64,000 nt of DNA from an uncultured Lachnospiraceae bacterium. GTDB lineage: Bacteria > Bacillota > Clostridia > Lachnospirales > Lachnospiraceae. Below, one piece after another: positions 32,275 through 41,065 of this stretch. The stretch lies in NCBI GenBank assembly GCA_910579495.1, contig CAJTVD010000008.1:7741-71740 (forward strand), given 5' to 3'. The translations under genes were made by a program, and so were the position numbers. The notes under the pieces were generated by a model that saw only the letters and a list, made by a program, of their open reading frames with translations, did no database searches and had not been told where the DNA came from. The stretch's first letter is position 1, and every line of letters begins with the position of its first letter.

Positions 32275-32301
32275 TTAGCACTCTTTTTAAATGAGTGCTA
32301 A
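32275..32301 (+). promoter_or_regulatory. CIRCE element (HrcA operator)
   Basis: Perfect TTAGCACTC-N9-GAGTGCTAA upstream of htpG. Confidence 0.96.
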
Positions 32302-32411
32302 TTTTGTCTTGACTTTTGGGCAAAAGGGAATTACACTTTACTTTAGCGAAAAGAAAGCAAGGCGAAAAGCCTTCAGGGAGATTGAGGAAAAGAGAAAAGG
32401 AGTGATTTATC

Positions 32412-34619
32412 GTGGCGGAGAAACACGGAAGTTTATCTATCAACAGTGAAAACATATTCCCGATTATCAAGAAGTGGCTGTATTCAGACCATGACATCTT
32501 TTTCAGGGAATTGATATCCAATGGCTGTGACGCCATTACCAAACTAAAGAAGCTGGATATGATGGGAGAATATTCCCTGCCGGGGGATTATAAGGCGAAA
32601 ATTCAGGTGCTGGTAAACCCGGAAGAGAAAACCCTGAAATTTATCGACAACGGTATCGGCATGACGGCGGATGAGGTAGAAGAATATATTAACCAGATTG
32701 CCTTTTCCGGGGCAACTGATTTTATTGAAAAATACAAGGACAAGACCAACGAAGACCAGATCATCGGCCACTTCGGGCTGGGATTTTATTCCGCCTTTAT
32801 GGTAGCCGACGAGGTGCATATCGACACCCTTTCCTGGCAGGCGGACGCCAAGCCCGTTCACTGGGAGTGCGACGGCGGCACGGAATTTGATATGAAGGAG
32901 GGGGACCGCACGGAAGTGGGTACGACCATTACCCTTTTTATCAATGAGGACGTGCTGGAGTTCTGCAATGAATACAAGGCAAGGGAGGTAATAAAAAAAT
33001 ACTGTTCCTTCATGCCTGTTGAGATCTACCTTTCCAAGGAAAATACCAAGGATACCCAGACCATTGACGCAGAGGAAAAGCTGGACACCGACACTGTGGT
33101 GGAGGAGATCAAGCCGGAGAAGGACGAGGACAAATTACGCTATAAGATCATCAAGCGTCCCGAGCTTTTAAATGAAACCGCACCTTTGTGGACAAAGCAT
33201 CCCAATGAGTGCACCAAAGAAGAGTATCTGGAATTTTACCGCAAGGTTTTCCAGGATTACAAGGAGCCTTTATTCTGGATACACCTGAACATGGACTATC
33301 CTTTTAACTTAAAGGGAATTTTGTACTTCCCCAAGATTAACATGGAGTACGAATCCATTGAGGGCGTTATCAAGCTGTACAACAACCAGGTATTTATCGC
33401 GGACAATATTAAAGAAGTGATCCCGGAATTCCTGATGCTCCTTAAGGGCGTCATCGACTGCCCGGACCTGCCCCTTAACGTATCCAGGAGCGCCCTGCAG
33501 AATGACGGCTTTGTGAAAAAGATTTCCGACTACATTTCCAAGAAGGTGGCGGATAAGCTCTCCGGCATGTGCAAGACGGAAAAGGAAGAATACGACAAAT
33601 ACTGGGATGATATCAGTCCCTTTATCAAATTTGGCTGCCTGAAGGACGATAAATTCTGTGAGAAGATGACAGATTATATCCTCTTTAAGAACCTGGAGGG
33701 CAAATACCTGACCCTTCCCGAATGCCTTGAGGTGAACAAGACAGATCCGGACGAGAAAGACAAGGAAGCAGAGGGAACCCAGGGGGAAAGCGCTGCCCAG
33801 GAAAGTGCGGAAGCTCCCGAAGAGGCAGCACAGCCCCAGGAGGCTGCAGAAACTTCCCAGGATACCAATCCCGTTGAAGAAGCCCAGGAGGAGGCAGATG
33901 GTGAAGAAGAAGCCGCAGAAGTCCTGGATGCCGAAGGCAATGTGATAACAGATTCCGAGGAGGATGAGGAAGACGAAGAGGATGATGAGGAGGACAAGGA
34001 AGCGCCCAAGAAGGTCATCTACTACGTTACTGATGAAAAGCAGCAGGGACAGTATATCAGCATGTTCAAAGCTGCCAACATGGACGCGGTGATCCTTACC
34101 CATAACATTGACCAGCCTTTTATCTCCCAGCTTGAATCAAAGAATGAAGGGATTAAGTTCCAGAGAATCGATGCTGACCTGACAGACACCTTCAAGGAAG
34201 ACACGGACAAAAAAGCCCGCAAGGCAATGAAGAAAGCTTCATCAGCCATTGGCAAGATAATGAAGAAAGCCCTGAACAATGAGAAGATCACTGTGAAGGT
34301 GGAGCGGCTGAAAGACGATAAGATTGCCTCCATGGTAACCCTTTCGGAAGAAAGCAGAAGAATGCAGGATATGATGAAGATGTACTCTATGCCGGGAATG
34401 GACATGGGAGATATGGGCAGGGAGGGAGAAACCCTGGTCTTAAACGCTAACCATCCGCTGGTACAGTATATCATAGATAATACCAAGGGAAGCCATGTGG
34501 ATATGATTTGCGAACAGCTATATGACCTGGCGCTGTTACAGCATGCGCCTCTTGGGCCGGAAGCTATGAGTAAATTTGTGGAGCGGAGCAATGAGATTAT
34601 GCTGATGCTGGCAAAATAA
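32412..34619 (+). CDS. htpG: Hsp90 chaperone HtpG
   Basis: LYSDHDIFFRELISN, DNGIGMT, IGHFGLGFYSAF, LPLNVSRS. Confidence 0.96.
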   Translation: MAEKHGSLSINSENIFPIIKKWLYSDHDIFFRELISNGCDAITKLKKLDMMGEYSLPGDYKAKIQVLVNPEEKTLKFIDNGIGMTADEVEEYINQIAFSGATDFIEKYKDKTNEDQIIGHFGLGFYSAFMVADEVHIDTLSWQADAKPVHWECDGGTEFDMKEGDRTEVGTTITLFINEDVLEFCNEYKAREVIKKYCSFMPVEIYLSKENTKDTQTIDAEEKLDTDTVVEEIKPEKDEDKLRYKIIKRPELLNETAPLWTKHPNECTKEEYLEFYRKVFQDYKEPLFWIHLNMDYPFNLKGILYFPKINMEYESIEGVIKLYNNQVFIADNIKEVIPEFLMLLKGVIDCPDLPLNVSRSALQNDGFVKKISDYISKKVADKLSGMCKTEKEEYDKYWDDISPFIKFGCLKDDKFCEKMTDYILFKNLEGKYLTLPECLEVNKTDPDEKDKEAEGTQGESAAQESAEAPEEAAQPQEAAETSQDTNPVEEAQEEADGEEEAAEVLDAEGNVITDSEEDEEDEEDDEEDKEAPKKVIYYVTDEKQQGQYISMFKAANMDAVILTHNIDQPFISQLESKNEGIKFQRIDADLTDTFKEDTDKKARKAMKKASSAIGKIMKKALNNEKITVKVERLKDDKIASMVTLSEESRRMQDMMKMYSMPGMDMGDMGREGETLVLNANHPLVQYIIDNTKGSHVDMICEQLYDLALLQHAPLGPEAMSKFVERSNEIMLMLAK

Positions 34620-34650
34620 GCCGGCAGGCGTACTGCCACCATATTGTGAT

Positions 34651-34709
34651 AAAAAAATCCCCCCTGTTGGTTTTCAGGCCAAAAAGCTGAAAACCGGCAG
34701 GGGGTTTTT
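34651..34709 (+). terminator. Terminator after htpG
   Basis: CCCCCTGTTGGTTTTCAG...CTGAAAACCGGCAGGGGG-TTTTT. Confidence 0.85.
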
Positions 34710-34712
34710 ATT

Positions 34713-34786
34713 ACAATAAGCCGGCTAGCGGAGCGTGACGGCGTTTGTTGCAATAAGCCGGCTAGCGGAGCGTGGCAGCGTTTGTT
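34713..34786 (+). repeat. REP-like repeat copies 3 and 4 in tandem
   Basis: Two 37-bp units (34713, 34750): (A/G)CAATAAGCCGGCTAGCGGAGCGTG(ACG/GCA)GCGTTTGTT. Confidence 0.88.
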
Positions 34787-34859
34787 ACAATAGTTGTTTG
34801 GGGAACTGTTCCTGGCCCTGCGCATAATATATGATAAGTATATTTGCAGAGGTATTTTT

Positions 34860-35432
34860 ATGCCTAAAAATATTTTGCGCAGCGCCCAGGGGGATAACAC
34901 TTATAAGGGGAAGCTGCAGATCAATGTAACGTCTACGCTGGGGATGATACCCATACAGGATGCCACAGTGACAATTTCCTACACAGGCATCCCTGATGTA
35001 ACCATAGAAAAAATCAGCACGGATTCCTCAGGCCAGACGGAGGAGATCGAGCTGCCCTCCCCGCCGCCGGAGTACAGCCTGACGCCGGTGGAAGAACAAC
35101 CCTATTCGGAATATAACATACGGGTGGAAGCGCCCGGCTATGAGCCTGTGCTGGTCTCCGGGACGGAAATTCTGCCGGATGTTACGGCAGTGCAGCCGAT
35201 ACGCCTGGCTCCGGTGGAAACAGAAGAAAAACAGGAAGAGGTGGTGGTGATCCCGGACCATACCCTGTTTGGTGAATATCCGCCCAAAATCCCCGAGGAT
35301 GAAATCAAGCCCATGGATGAGAGCGGGGAGATTGTCTTAAGCAGGGTGGTGATTCCGGAGTATGTGGTAGTGGACGATAAAATAGTACTACTACCAAAAA
35401 TCATCCGGAAAAAACTTTGCCCAATTCAATAA
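34860..35432 (+). pseudogene. sleC: 5' half of a SleC-like spore cortex-lytic enzyme gene (interrupted)
   Basis: PYSEY, APGYEPV, HTLFGEYPPKIPE, VLSRVVIPEYVVV match the SleC pro-region as I recall it; the expected HDG and catalytic/PG-binding part are replaced by a short unrelated tail. Confidence 0.75.
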
Positions 35433-35976
35433 AACATCCTTCAAGCACGTTGACCTTTGCCACTTCCTCCTGCCGGTAGATTTCGTGGGTTTGGAGGAAA
35501 CCATTGCCAGACTGGAGCATTACACGGACCGTTTTGTTTTCCGGGTCAACAATCCAGTATTCCCGGACCCCCGCCCTCTGGTACAGGTTTAGCTTCACAA
35601 GTTGGTCATGCCGCTGTGTGGAGGGGGAGAGGACTTCGATGACCAAATCCGGTGCACCATTACATCCATACTGATCCAGTTTGCTCCTGTCACATATCAC
35701 TGATATGTCCGGCTCCACTATGGTATCAACATCCTCCGGGGAGTCACCGGCCCGTTGGAACAGCCGCACGCCAAAGGGGGCTGGATAAGCCTTGCACTGC
35801 TTTCCCTCCAGATAATTGCCAAGCTGCCGTCCCATTTCAAAACAGATTTCCTGATGGATCCTGGACGGGGCAGCCATCATAAACGCTTCACCATTGATGA
35901 TTTCAATCCGTTCGTTCCCCTCCCAGGAGAGGATATCTGCGAAAGTATACCGGGCCTTTTTTGCAGGTAATGCCAT
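35401..35976 (-). CDS. Uma2 family endonuclease-fold protein
   Basis: ERIEIING, VEPDISVICD, GAPDLVIEVLSPST, GVREYWIVDP. Confidence 0.92.
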   Translation of the reverse strand: MALPAKKARYTFADILSWEGNERIEIINGEAFMMAAPSRIHQEICFEMGRQLGNYLEGKQCKAYPAPFGVRLFQRAGDSPEDVDTIVEPDISVICDRSKLDQYGCNGAPDLVIEVLSPSTQRHDQLVKLNLYQRAGVREYWIVDPENKTVRVMLQSGNGFLQTHEIYRQEEVAKVNVLEGCFIELGKVFSG

Positions 35977-36191
35977 ATGCCATTCCTCCTTATCCGTTGC
36001 TGCCTGTGTAATTTTGGCCTGTATTCGTTTTATTTATTCCTGTCCAGTATAACATGGACCCGGTATTATTTCAAACCTTTAGGCTTGGCTGTTATGAAAG
36101 CCAGCCTCTGGCCCAAAAAAGGCTGATATCCTTTGGAAGAAGGTGTATACTGGAAAGGTAGCAAAAATAAAGAAAGGAAGTGTGATGATTT

Positions 36192-36632
36192 ATGCTGAAA
36201 GGAATACCGAAAATTTTATCGCCGGAGCTTTTAAAGACGCTGTGCGAGATGGGGCATGGTGACAGGATTGTGATTGCTGACGGAAACTTTCCGGCGGAGA
36301 GTATGGGAAAGGACGCTATTGTGGTCCGCATGGACGGCCATGGGACCTGTGAGGTGCTGGAGGCTGTTTTACAGTTATTCCCCCTGGATACTTATGTGGA
36401 GCATCCCTTTAACCTGATGCAGGTGATGCCCGGGGATACAGTGGAGACGCCCATCTGGGACAAGTACCAGGAGATATTAAAAGGTGCAGACCCAAGAGGG
36501 GAAGAGGCCATAGGGCAGATTGAGCGTTTTGCTTTTTATGAGGAGGCACGCAAGGCCTATGCCATCATCGCTACCGGTGAGGGGGCGCTGTATGCCAACA
36601 TTATGCTGCAAAAGGGCGTTGTAATTGAGTAG
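36192..36632 (+). CDS. fucU: RbsD/FucU family mutarotase
   Basis: MGHGDRIVIADGNFP, ERFAFYE, TGEGALYANIMLQKGV. Confidence 0.88.
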   Translation: MLKGIPKILSPELLKTLCEMGHGDRIVIADGNFPAESMGKDAIVVRMDGHGTCEVLEAVLQLFPLDTYVEHPFNLMQVMPGDTVETPIWDKYQEILKGADPRGEEAIGQIERFAFYEEARKAYAIIATGEGALYANIMLQKGVVIE

Positions 36633-36740
36633 CAGGGCAAAGCCCGGAAACCAGGCTTGGGGACTGGGGGGATCCATCCAGACGGTGGTTCCCCCCGGGA
36701 AGCAGGGCTTGGGGGAGTAAGGCACCAGGGGAAAGCCGCC

Positions 36741-38135
36741 TTAGGTTTCCGTCCCATATAGGCTAAAGCCGCAAAGCTTATGGGTATCCGGATCTAAATA
36801 GATGCCCTGGAGCTTATCATGCCAGAAAGCCCTTTTGTGGGCTTTGTCAAGGCGTTCATAGGCTGACCGCCAGCATCCGGAAAAGCTCTCAGGGAGGGGC
36901 TGGCAGCCAGCTTTTTCCCTGCCTTTTGCCAGGTCTTTGTATTTCCTGATTTTTTCGGAAAGCTGTGCATATTGTCTGTCATATTCCCCTTCATCCATGC
37001 GCCCTTTCTGGAAAATGAGATTGAGGCGTGAAAGCTCCTTTTTCATTTTTTCTGCTTCCTTGAAGGGATCTGGGATTGCCCCTTTCCAGGGGGAAAGACA
37101 AAAATGCATCCGTATCCGGGCAAGCTCCGGCAGCATCCCTTCCAGGTTGGCAAGGAGGTACTTTTCCACGGTGGTTTCATAAATATGGATGCCGCCGGGA
37201 CAAAGGCCCCGGCAGCGCTGCTTCTGGCGGCACCGGTACACCGGGCTTATGTAGGTTTTGCCCCCGGGCTTTTTGGTCTTGTGCTGGTACCCGGCAAAAT
37301 TATGGCCGCAGAGGGGGCATTTGATGATCCCGGAAAAGAGGTAAGGCTCATTTTTCCCGGCATACCATTTCAGGTCTCCCAATTCCTTTATTTTGTCAAA
37401 CTGCTCCCTGGTGATATAGGGTTCGCAGAAACCATCTTTCCCATAGGCATGGCCATAATAGACAGGGTTTTTGAACATATAATAAAGGGTGCTCTCCGGC
37501 GGGGCGGTATCCCTGTATTTTTCCAGCAGGTAGGAAACAGCGGCACGTTTGGAGTAAACGGTAAAGTAATAGGAGAAGAAATCCTCTACCATGGCCTTTG
37601 TCTTTTCATCTTTAACAAACTTTTTGTTTTCCGCCTTGTAGCCGAAGCTGGCGTGGGCACCGGAAAGGATCTCATTATTGCGGCGTTTGTAGTCGAACAC
37701 TTCCCGGATGCGCTCAGAGTCCCGGTCGCATTCGTTTTCGTTGACAGAAAGCATGATATTGATGGCAAACCGCCCGTTGGAGGTGCTGGTGTCATACTGC
37801 TCGAAAATGGTCTTCCAGTTGCAGTTGTGGGCTTCTAAGATCGCCTGGGTGTTGTGGTAGTCCCTGATATTGCGGAACCACCGGTCAAGCTTGGTGACCA
37901 GGATCAGGTCGATCCGGCCAGCCTCCACGTCCTTTAACAGGCGGGAAAGCTCCCGGCGGCTGTGCATGTTTTTCCGGGCGGTGATGCCTTCGTCAGTGTA
38001 ACAGCCCACGATCTCGTAGCCATGGGATATGGCATAGCCTGTAAGGGCATCCCGCTGGGCATCTAAAGAGAGCCCGTCTTTCACCTGCATGTCAGTGCTT
38101 ACACGGTCGTACAGGGCGCATCGGATTTTTTTCAT
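36741..38135 (-). CDS. Large serine recombinase
   Basis: ALYDRVSTDMQ, TKLDRWFRN, recombinase domain (NPVYYG), zinc ribbon CPLC...YRC, coiled coil. Confidence 0.92.
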   Translation of the reverse strand: MKKIRCALYDRVSTDMQVKDGLSLDAQRDALTGYAISHGYEIVGCYTDEGITARKNMHSRRELSRLLKDVEAGRIDLILVTKLDRWFRNIRDYHNTQAILEAHNCNWKTIFEQYDTSTSNGRFAINIMLSVNENECDRDSERIREVFDYKRRNNEILSGAHASFGYKAENKKFVKDEKTKAMVEDFFSYYFTVYSKRAAVSYLLEKYRDTAPPESTLYYMFKNPVYYGHAYGKDGFCEPYITREQFDKIKELGDLKWYAGKNEPYLFSGIIKCPLCGHNFAGYQHKTKKPGGKTYISPVYRCRQKQRCRGLCPGGIHIYETTVEKYLLANLEGMLPELARIRMHFCLSPWKGAIPDPFKEAEKMKKELSRLNLIFQKGRMDEGEYDRQYAQLSEKIRKYKDLAKGREKAGCQPLPESFSGCWRSAYERLDKAHKRAFWHDKLQGIYLDPDTHKLCGFSLYGTET

Positions 38136-38467
38136 GGGGGCGCTCCTTCCGGGGAAGGTTTCATTGATATCATTTTATGAGAGAAAGGGTAAATTATATT
38201 TCTTCTGCTGGCAATTTTAACATTCCGCCTGGCCATGTTGCCACAGCCTTTTATTAGTACTGTTTGCGTTACAGTAAAGGGCAATTATTTTGGCCAGGAC
38301 TGCCCTTAGCTGTTTTGGTATGGGAAATAATCCCCCCGGAGAAAACGGAAATAGATTTGTACAAACTAAACAAAGTTTCAACCTGCTTTTTGTGGAGAAA
38401 TATCCCTATAGTTATGGTAAAATTAAAAATAAGAGAAATATCGCACTAATTAAGGGAAAGAAAAGGT

Positions 38468-39187
38468 ATGTTGTCCATAGCAGTGATAGAAGACAATGCC
38501 GCATACGCCGCCATGCTGAAAGGATATATCCTTAGGGAGCCGTCTTTCAGGGGCCAGGTATCGGTAGATTTATATTTAAACCCGGGGGGCTTCCTGGAAG
38601 GGATGGAGAAAGGCAGGCAGTATGGGCTTTGCTTTTCGGATATTGAGATGCCGGGGATGGGCGGGCTTAAGTTGGCGGAGGAAGCCCGGAAAAGGGATCC
38701 AGGGGTTCTATGGGTATTCCTGACCGCTTACCCTGCCTATGCCCTGGAGGGGTATCAGGTGGAAGCCTTTGACTATGTTTTAAAGGAAAGGCTGGAGGGG
38801 CAGTGGCCCAGGCTGGTAGAAAGAATCGTAAAACGGCTGGCAGAGGGCAGAGAAAAGGTATACAAGGTGGTTACCCCTAATACGGTGGAGGTCATACTCT
38901 TAAGCAGCATTGTGTATATTTACAAGGAAGGTAAGTATTGCCATTTTGTTTTGGAGGATGGCAGGGATAGGCCTGCAGTGAGAAAAACTATCCGGGAGAT
39001 TGGGGAGGAGCTGGAGCGCCATGAGAATTTTCTGCTAGTGAAAAGGGGGTATCTTATCAATCTGGAGAAAATTAGGAAATATACGGCGGAACAGGTCATT
39101 ATGAATAATGGGGACGAACTCATAATCGGAAGGATGCATGTAACCAGGGTCAGGGAAGCGGTCATGGGGTATATGGAGAGGAAATGA
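38468..39187 (+). CDS. LytTR-family response regulator (AgrA-like)
   Basis: IEDN, DIEMPGMGG, AFDYVLK; LytTR FLLVKRGYLINL. Confidence 0.9.
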   Translation: MLSIAVIEDNAAYAAMLKGYILREPSFRGQVSVDLYLNPGGFLEGMEKGRQYGLCFSDIEMPGMGGLKLAEEARKRDPGVLWVFLTAYPAYALEGYQVEAFDYVLKERLEGQWPRLVERIVKRLAEGREKVYKVVTPNTVEVILLSSIVYIYKEGKYCHFVLEDGRDRPAVRKTIREIGEELERHENFLLVKRGYLINLEKIRKYTAEQVIMNNGDELIIGRMHVTRVREAVMGYMERK

Positions 39188-40482
39188 TGGGTGGGCTGTG
39201 GTGGGTACAGGCAGTACTGACGGTAATCGAGGTGATTGGGGTATTCTGGCTGGTGAGGGTGGTATTTGAAGAAAAGGGGACAGGAGCCGGGGAGTGGTTT
39301 TCTGGTTTTGGGGTGCTGGCACTGGCAGGAATCACTGTTTACCAGAGAACGATTGCGATGTATTCAAGATGGTGGCTGGTGATCACGATTCTGCTGGGGG
39401 GATTTCTTTTAAAGGTAAGTGGAAGGGAGAAGAAATGGCAGGCGTGGACATTGCTGGCGCTGTATTTTGAGACACTTTACTGCCTGGATATCTTTATATA
39501 TATTGCTGCCCAGATTGTCCTTTCTGAAAGAGATTTTTTATCTGACCAGTTTAATATTGGAATGAAAAGGGTGATCATTTTTTTTCTGACAAGAAGCATT
39601 ATGGTTGCAGGCTGTGCTTTTTTATATAAATACAGGAGAAGAGCGGCATATTACTGGGAAATAGGAGGAAAACTGTGGGGAATTATCATACTTCTAGAAC
39701 ATCTGAGCCTGATTTGCTGCGACCGTATATTTGTGCAGGGGGCGGAACAGGAGGCTATGGGTGGCTGGAGGATGCTGTTGTTATTTTACCCCGTTCTGAC
39801 GGCATTTGCAGCAATTTATTTTATCCAGCAGAGATACCACAGGCTGTATGAACAGATGGAAAGGCAGAATACCTTATACAGTGAAAAGTATGAGATGATG
39901 GTGGAAAAGAGCAGGGAGAAGGAGCGTGTCTATCATGATTTCAAAAACCATATGATCCTGTTACAGAAAATGGTGAAGGAGGGGGATGACTCCGGGGCGG
40001 ACGCTTATCTTCAAAAGCTGCTGCAGGCTGGGACGGAAAGGGACGCTTCTCCTGAAACGGGTGTTTCCCTGCTGGATTATCTGATACAGGTAAAGCACTC
40101 TGAAGCATCCAGAAAGCTGGTGCGGGCAGAGGTGGAATATGAGGGGAGGATACCAGAGCTGGACAGGCAAGGACTGATGGACTTCTGTGCTCTGATTGGT
40201 AATCTCTGGGACAATGCCATAGAGGGGTGTGAGAGGGTTGGAGAAGACCGCCGGATCAGGTTTGTATTTCTATGTGTGGGAAATGGGATAACGATCAAAA
40301 TGGAAAACAGTTGTCATCCGGATGTAAAGACCGGGCGGCTGGTGACCACGAAAGCTGACCGCGGAATGCATGGGATTGGCCTTAGGAATATAGATTTTAT
40401 TGTTAATAAGTATGGCGGCAGGGTGAAAAGGGAGTGCAGGAATGGAATGTTCATCACGCAGGTCACGCTGATATTTCTATAG
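39184..40482 (+). CDS. Membrane GHKL histidine kinase (AgrC-like)
   Basis: Multiple TMs, HDFKNH, GNLWDNAIE, TTK...HGIGLRNI. Confidence 0.9.
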   Translation: MMGGLWWVQAVLTVIEVIGVFWLVRVVFEEKGTGAGEWFSGFGVLALAGITVYQRTIAMYSRWWLVITILLGGFLLKVSGREKKWQAWTLLALYFETLYCLDIFIYIAAQIVLSERDFLSDQFNIGMKRVIIFFLTRSIMVAGCAFLYKYRRRAAYYWEIGGKLWGIIILLEHLSLICCDRIFVQGAEQEAMGGWRMLLLFYPVLTAFAAIYFIQQRYHRLYEQMERQNTLYSEKYEMMVEKSREKERVYHDFKNHMILLQKMVKEGDDSGADAYLQKLLQAGTERDASPETGVSLLDYLIQVKHSEASRKLVRAEVEYEGRIPELDRQGLMDFCALIGNLWDNAIEGCERVGEDRRIRFVFLCVGNGITIKMENSCHPDVKTGRLVTTKADRGMHGIGLRNIDFIVNKYGGRVKRECRNGMFITQVTLIFL

Positions 40483-40611
40483 CTTCCGGCATGATCTGCC
40501 GAATTTGTAGATAAAAAGAAATATGTGGCAACACTGCCAGGGCAGGCCTGCATTGTGGAAATCTGACGTTACTTAAATTTCGGTAATCTGGAATGAGGGG
40601 AGGTGAAAGGA

Positions 40612-40758
40612 ATGGCAGAGAAAAATCTATGCAGTTTTGAGGAATGTAGCGTGTATGGGGGAAATCTGGAGGAAGAAACATTATATCTGATGCAGGAACC
40701 GGATGTTGCTTTGATTACCCATAATACACCAACGCTGACAATTGTTTGTTGTCTATAA
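40612..40758 (+). CDS. Lanthipeptide precursor (LanA-like), not in the ORF track
   Basis: RBS GGAGGTGAAAGGA; translates to MAEKNLCSFEECSVYGGNLEEETLYLMQEPDVALITHNTPTLTIVCCL; acidic leader, Thr/Cys core, upstream of lanM. Confidence 0.82.
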   Translation: MAEKNLCSFEECSVYGGNLEEETLYLMQEPDVALITHNTPTLTIVCCL

Positions 40759-40759
40759 G

Positions 40760-40788
40760 AAAAAAGCCGCCGGTAGGGCGGTTTTTTT
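40760..40788 (+). terminator. Hairpin/terminator after the precursor gene
   Basis: AAAAAAGCCGCC-ggtag-GGCGGTTTTTTT. Confidence 0.85.
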
Positions 40789-41065
40789 ATGCGCAGAAAT
40801 GCATAAGAAAGTTTGCTGCTTTGCGGCGCGCACTCCGCGCGGTGTGCAGGGAGAAAAACCGTCTCTATTCGATTTGCGAAAGTATTGGCCATGCGCACCG
40901 GACAGGCAGCATTATGCACAAAAATAATTTACCAATTCCCGTCCAACGATCATGATTCAAAAAAATGCTCATTTCGCGGTCAAAAAAAGGTCATTCTTGC
41001 TGCCTATATTGTCAAAAATTGTAAAAAATGATAGTTTGTTTTTAGAAACAATTGAAATCTGAAAA

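Noticed and set aside
34713..34792. 37-bp repeats as CRISPR repeats or integron attC sites
   Set aside because: No spacers between copies; no integron integrase; copies follow housekeeping terminators rather than cassettes.
40790..41050. Short overlapping ORFs or IS remnant between lanA and lanM
   Set aside because: No RBS, motif or terminal repeats I can support; noted only as part of the duplicated segment.
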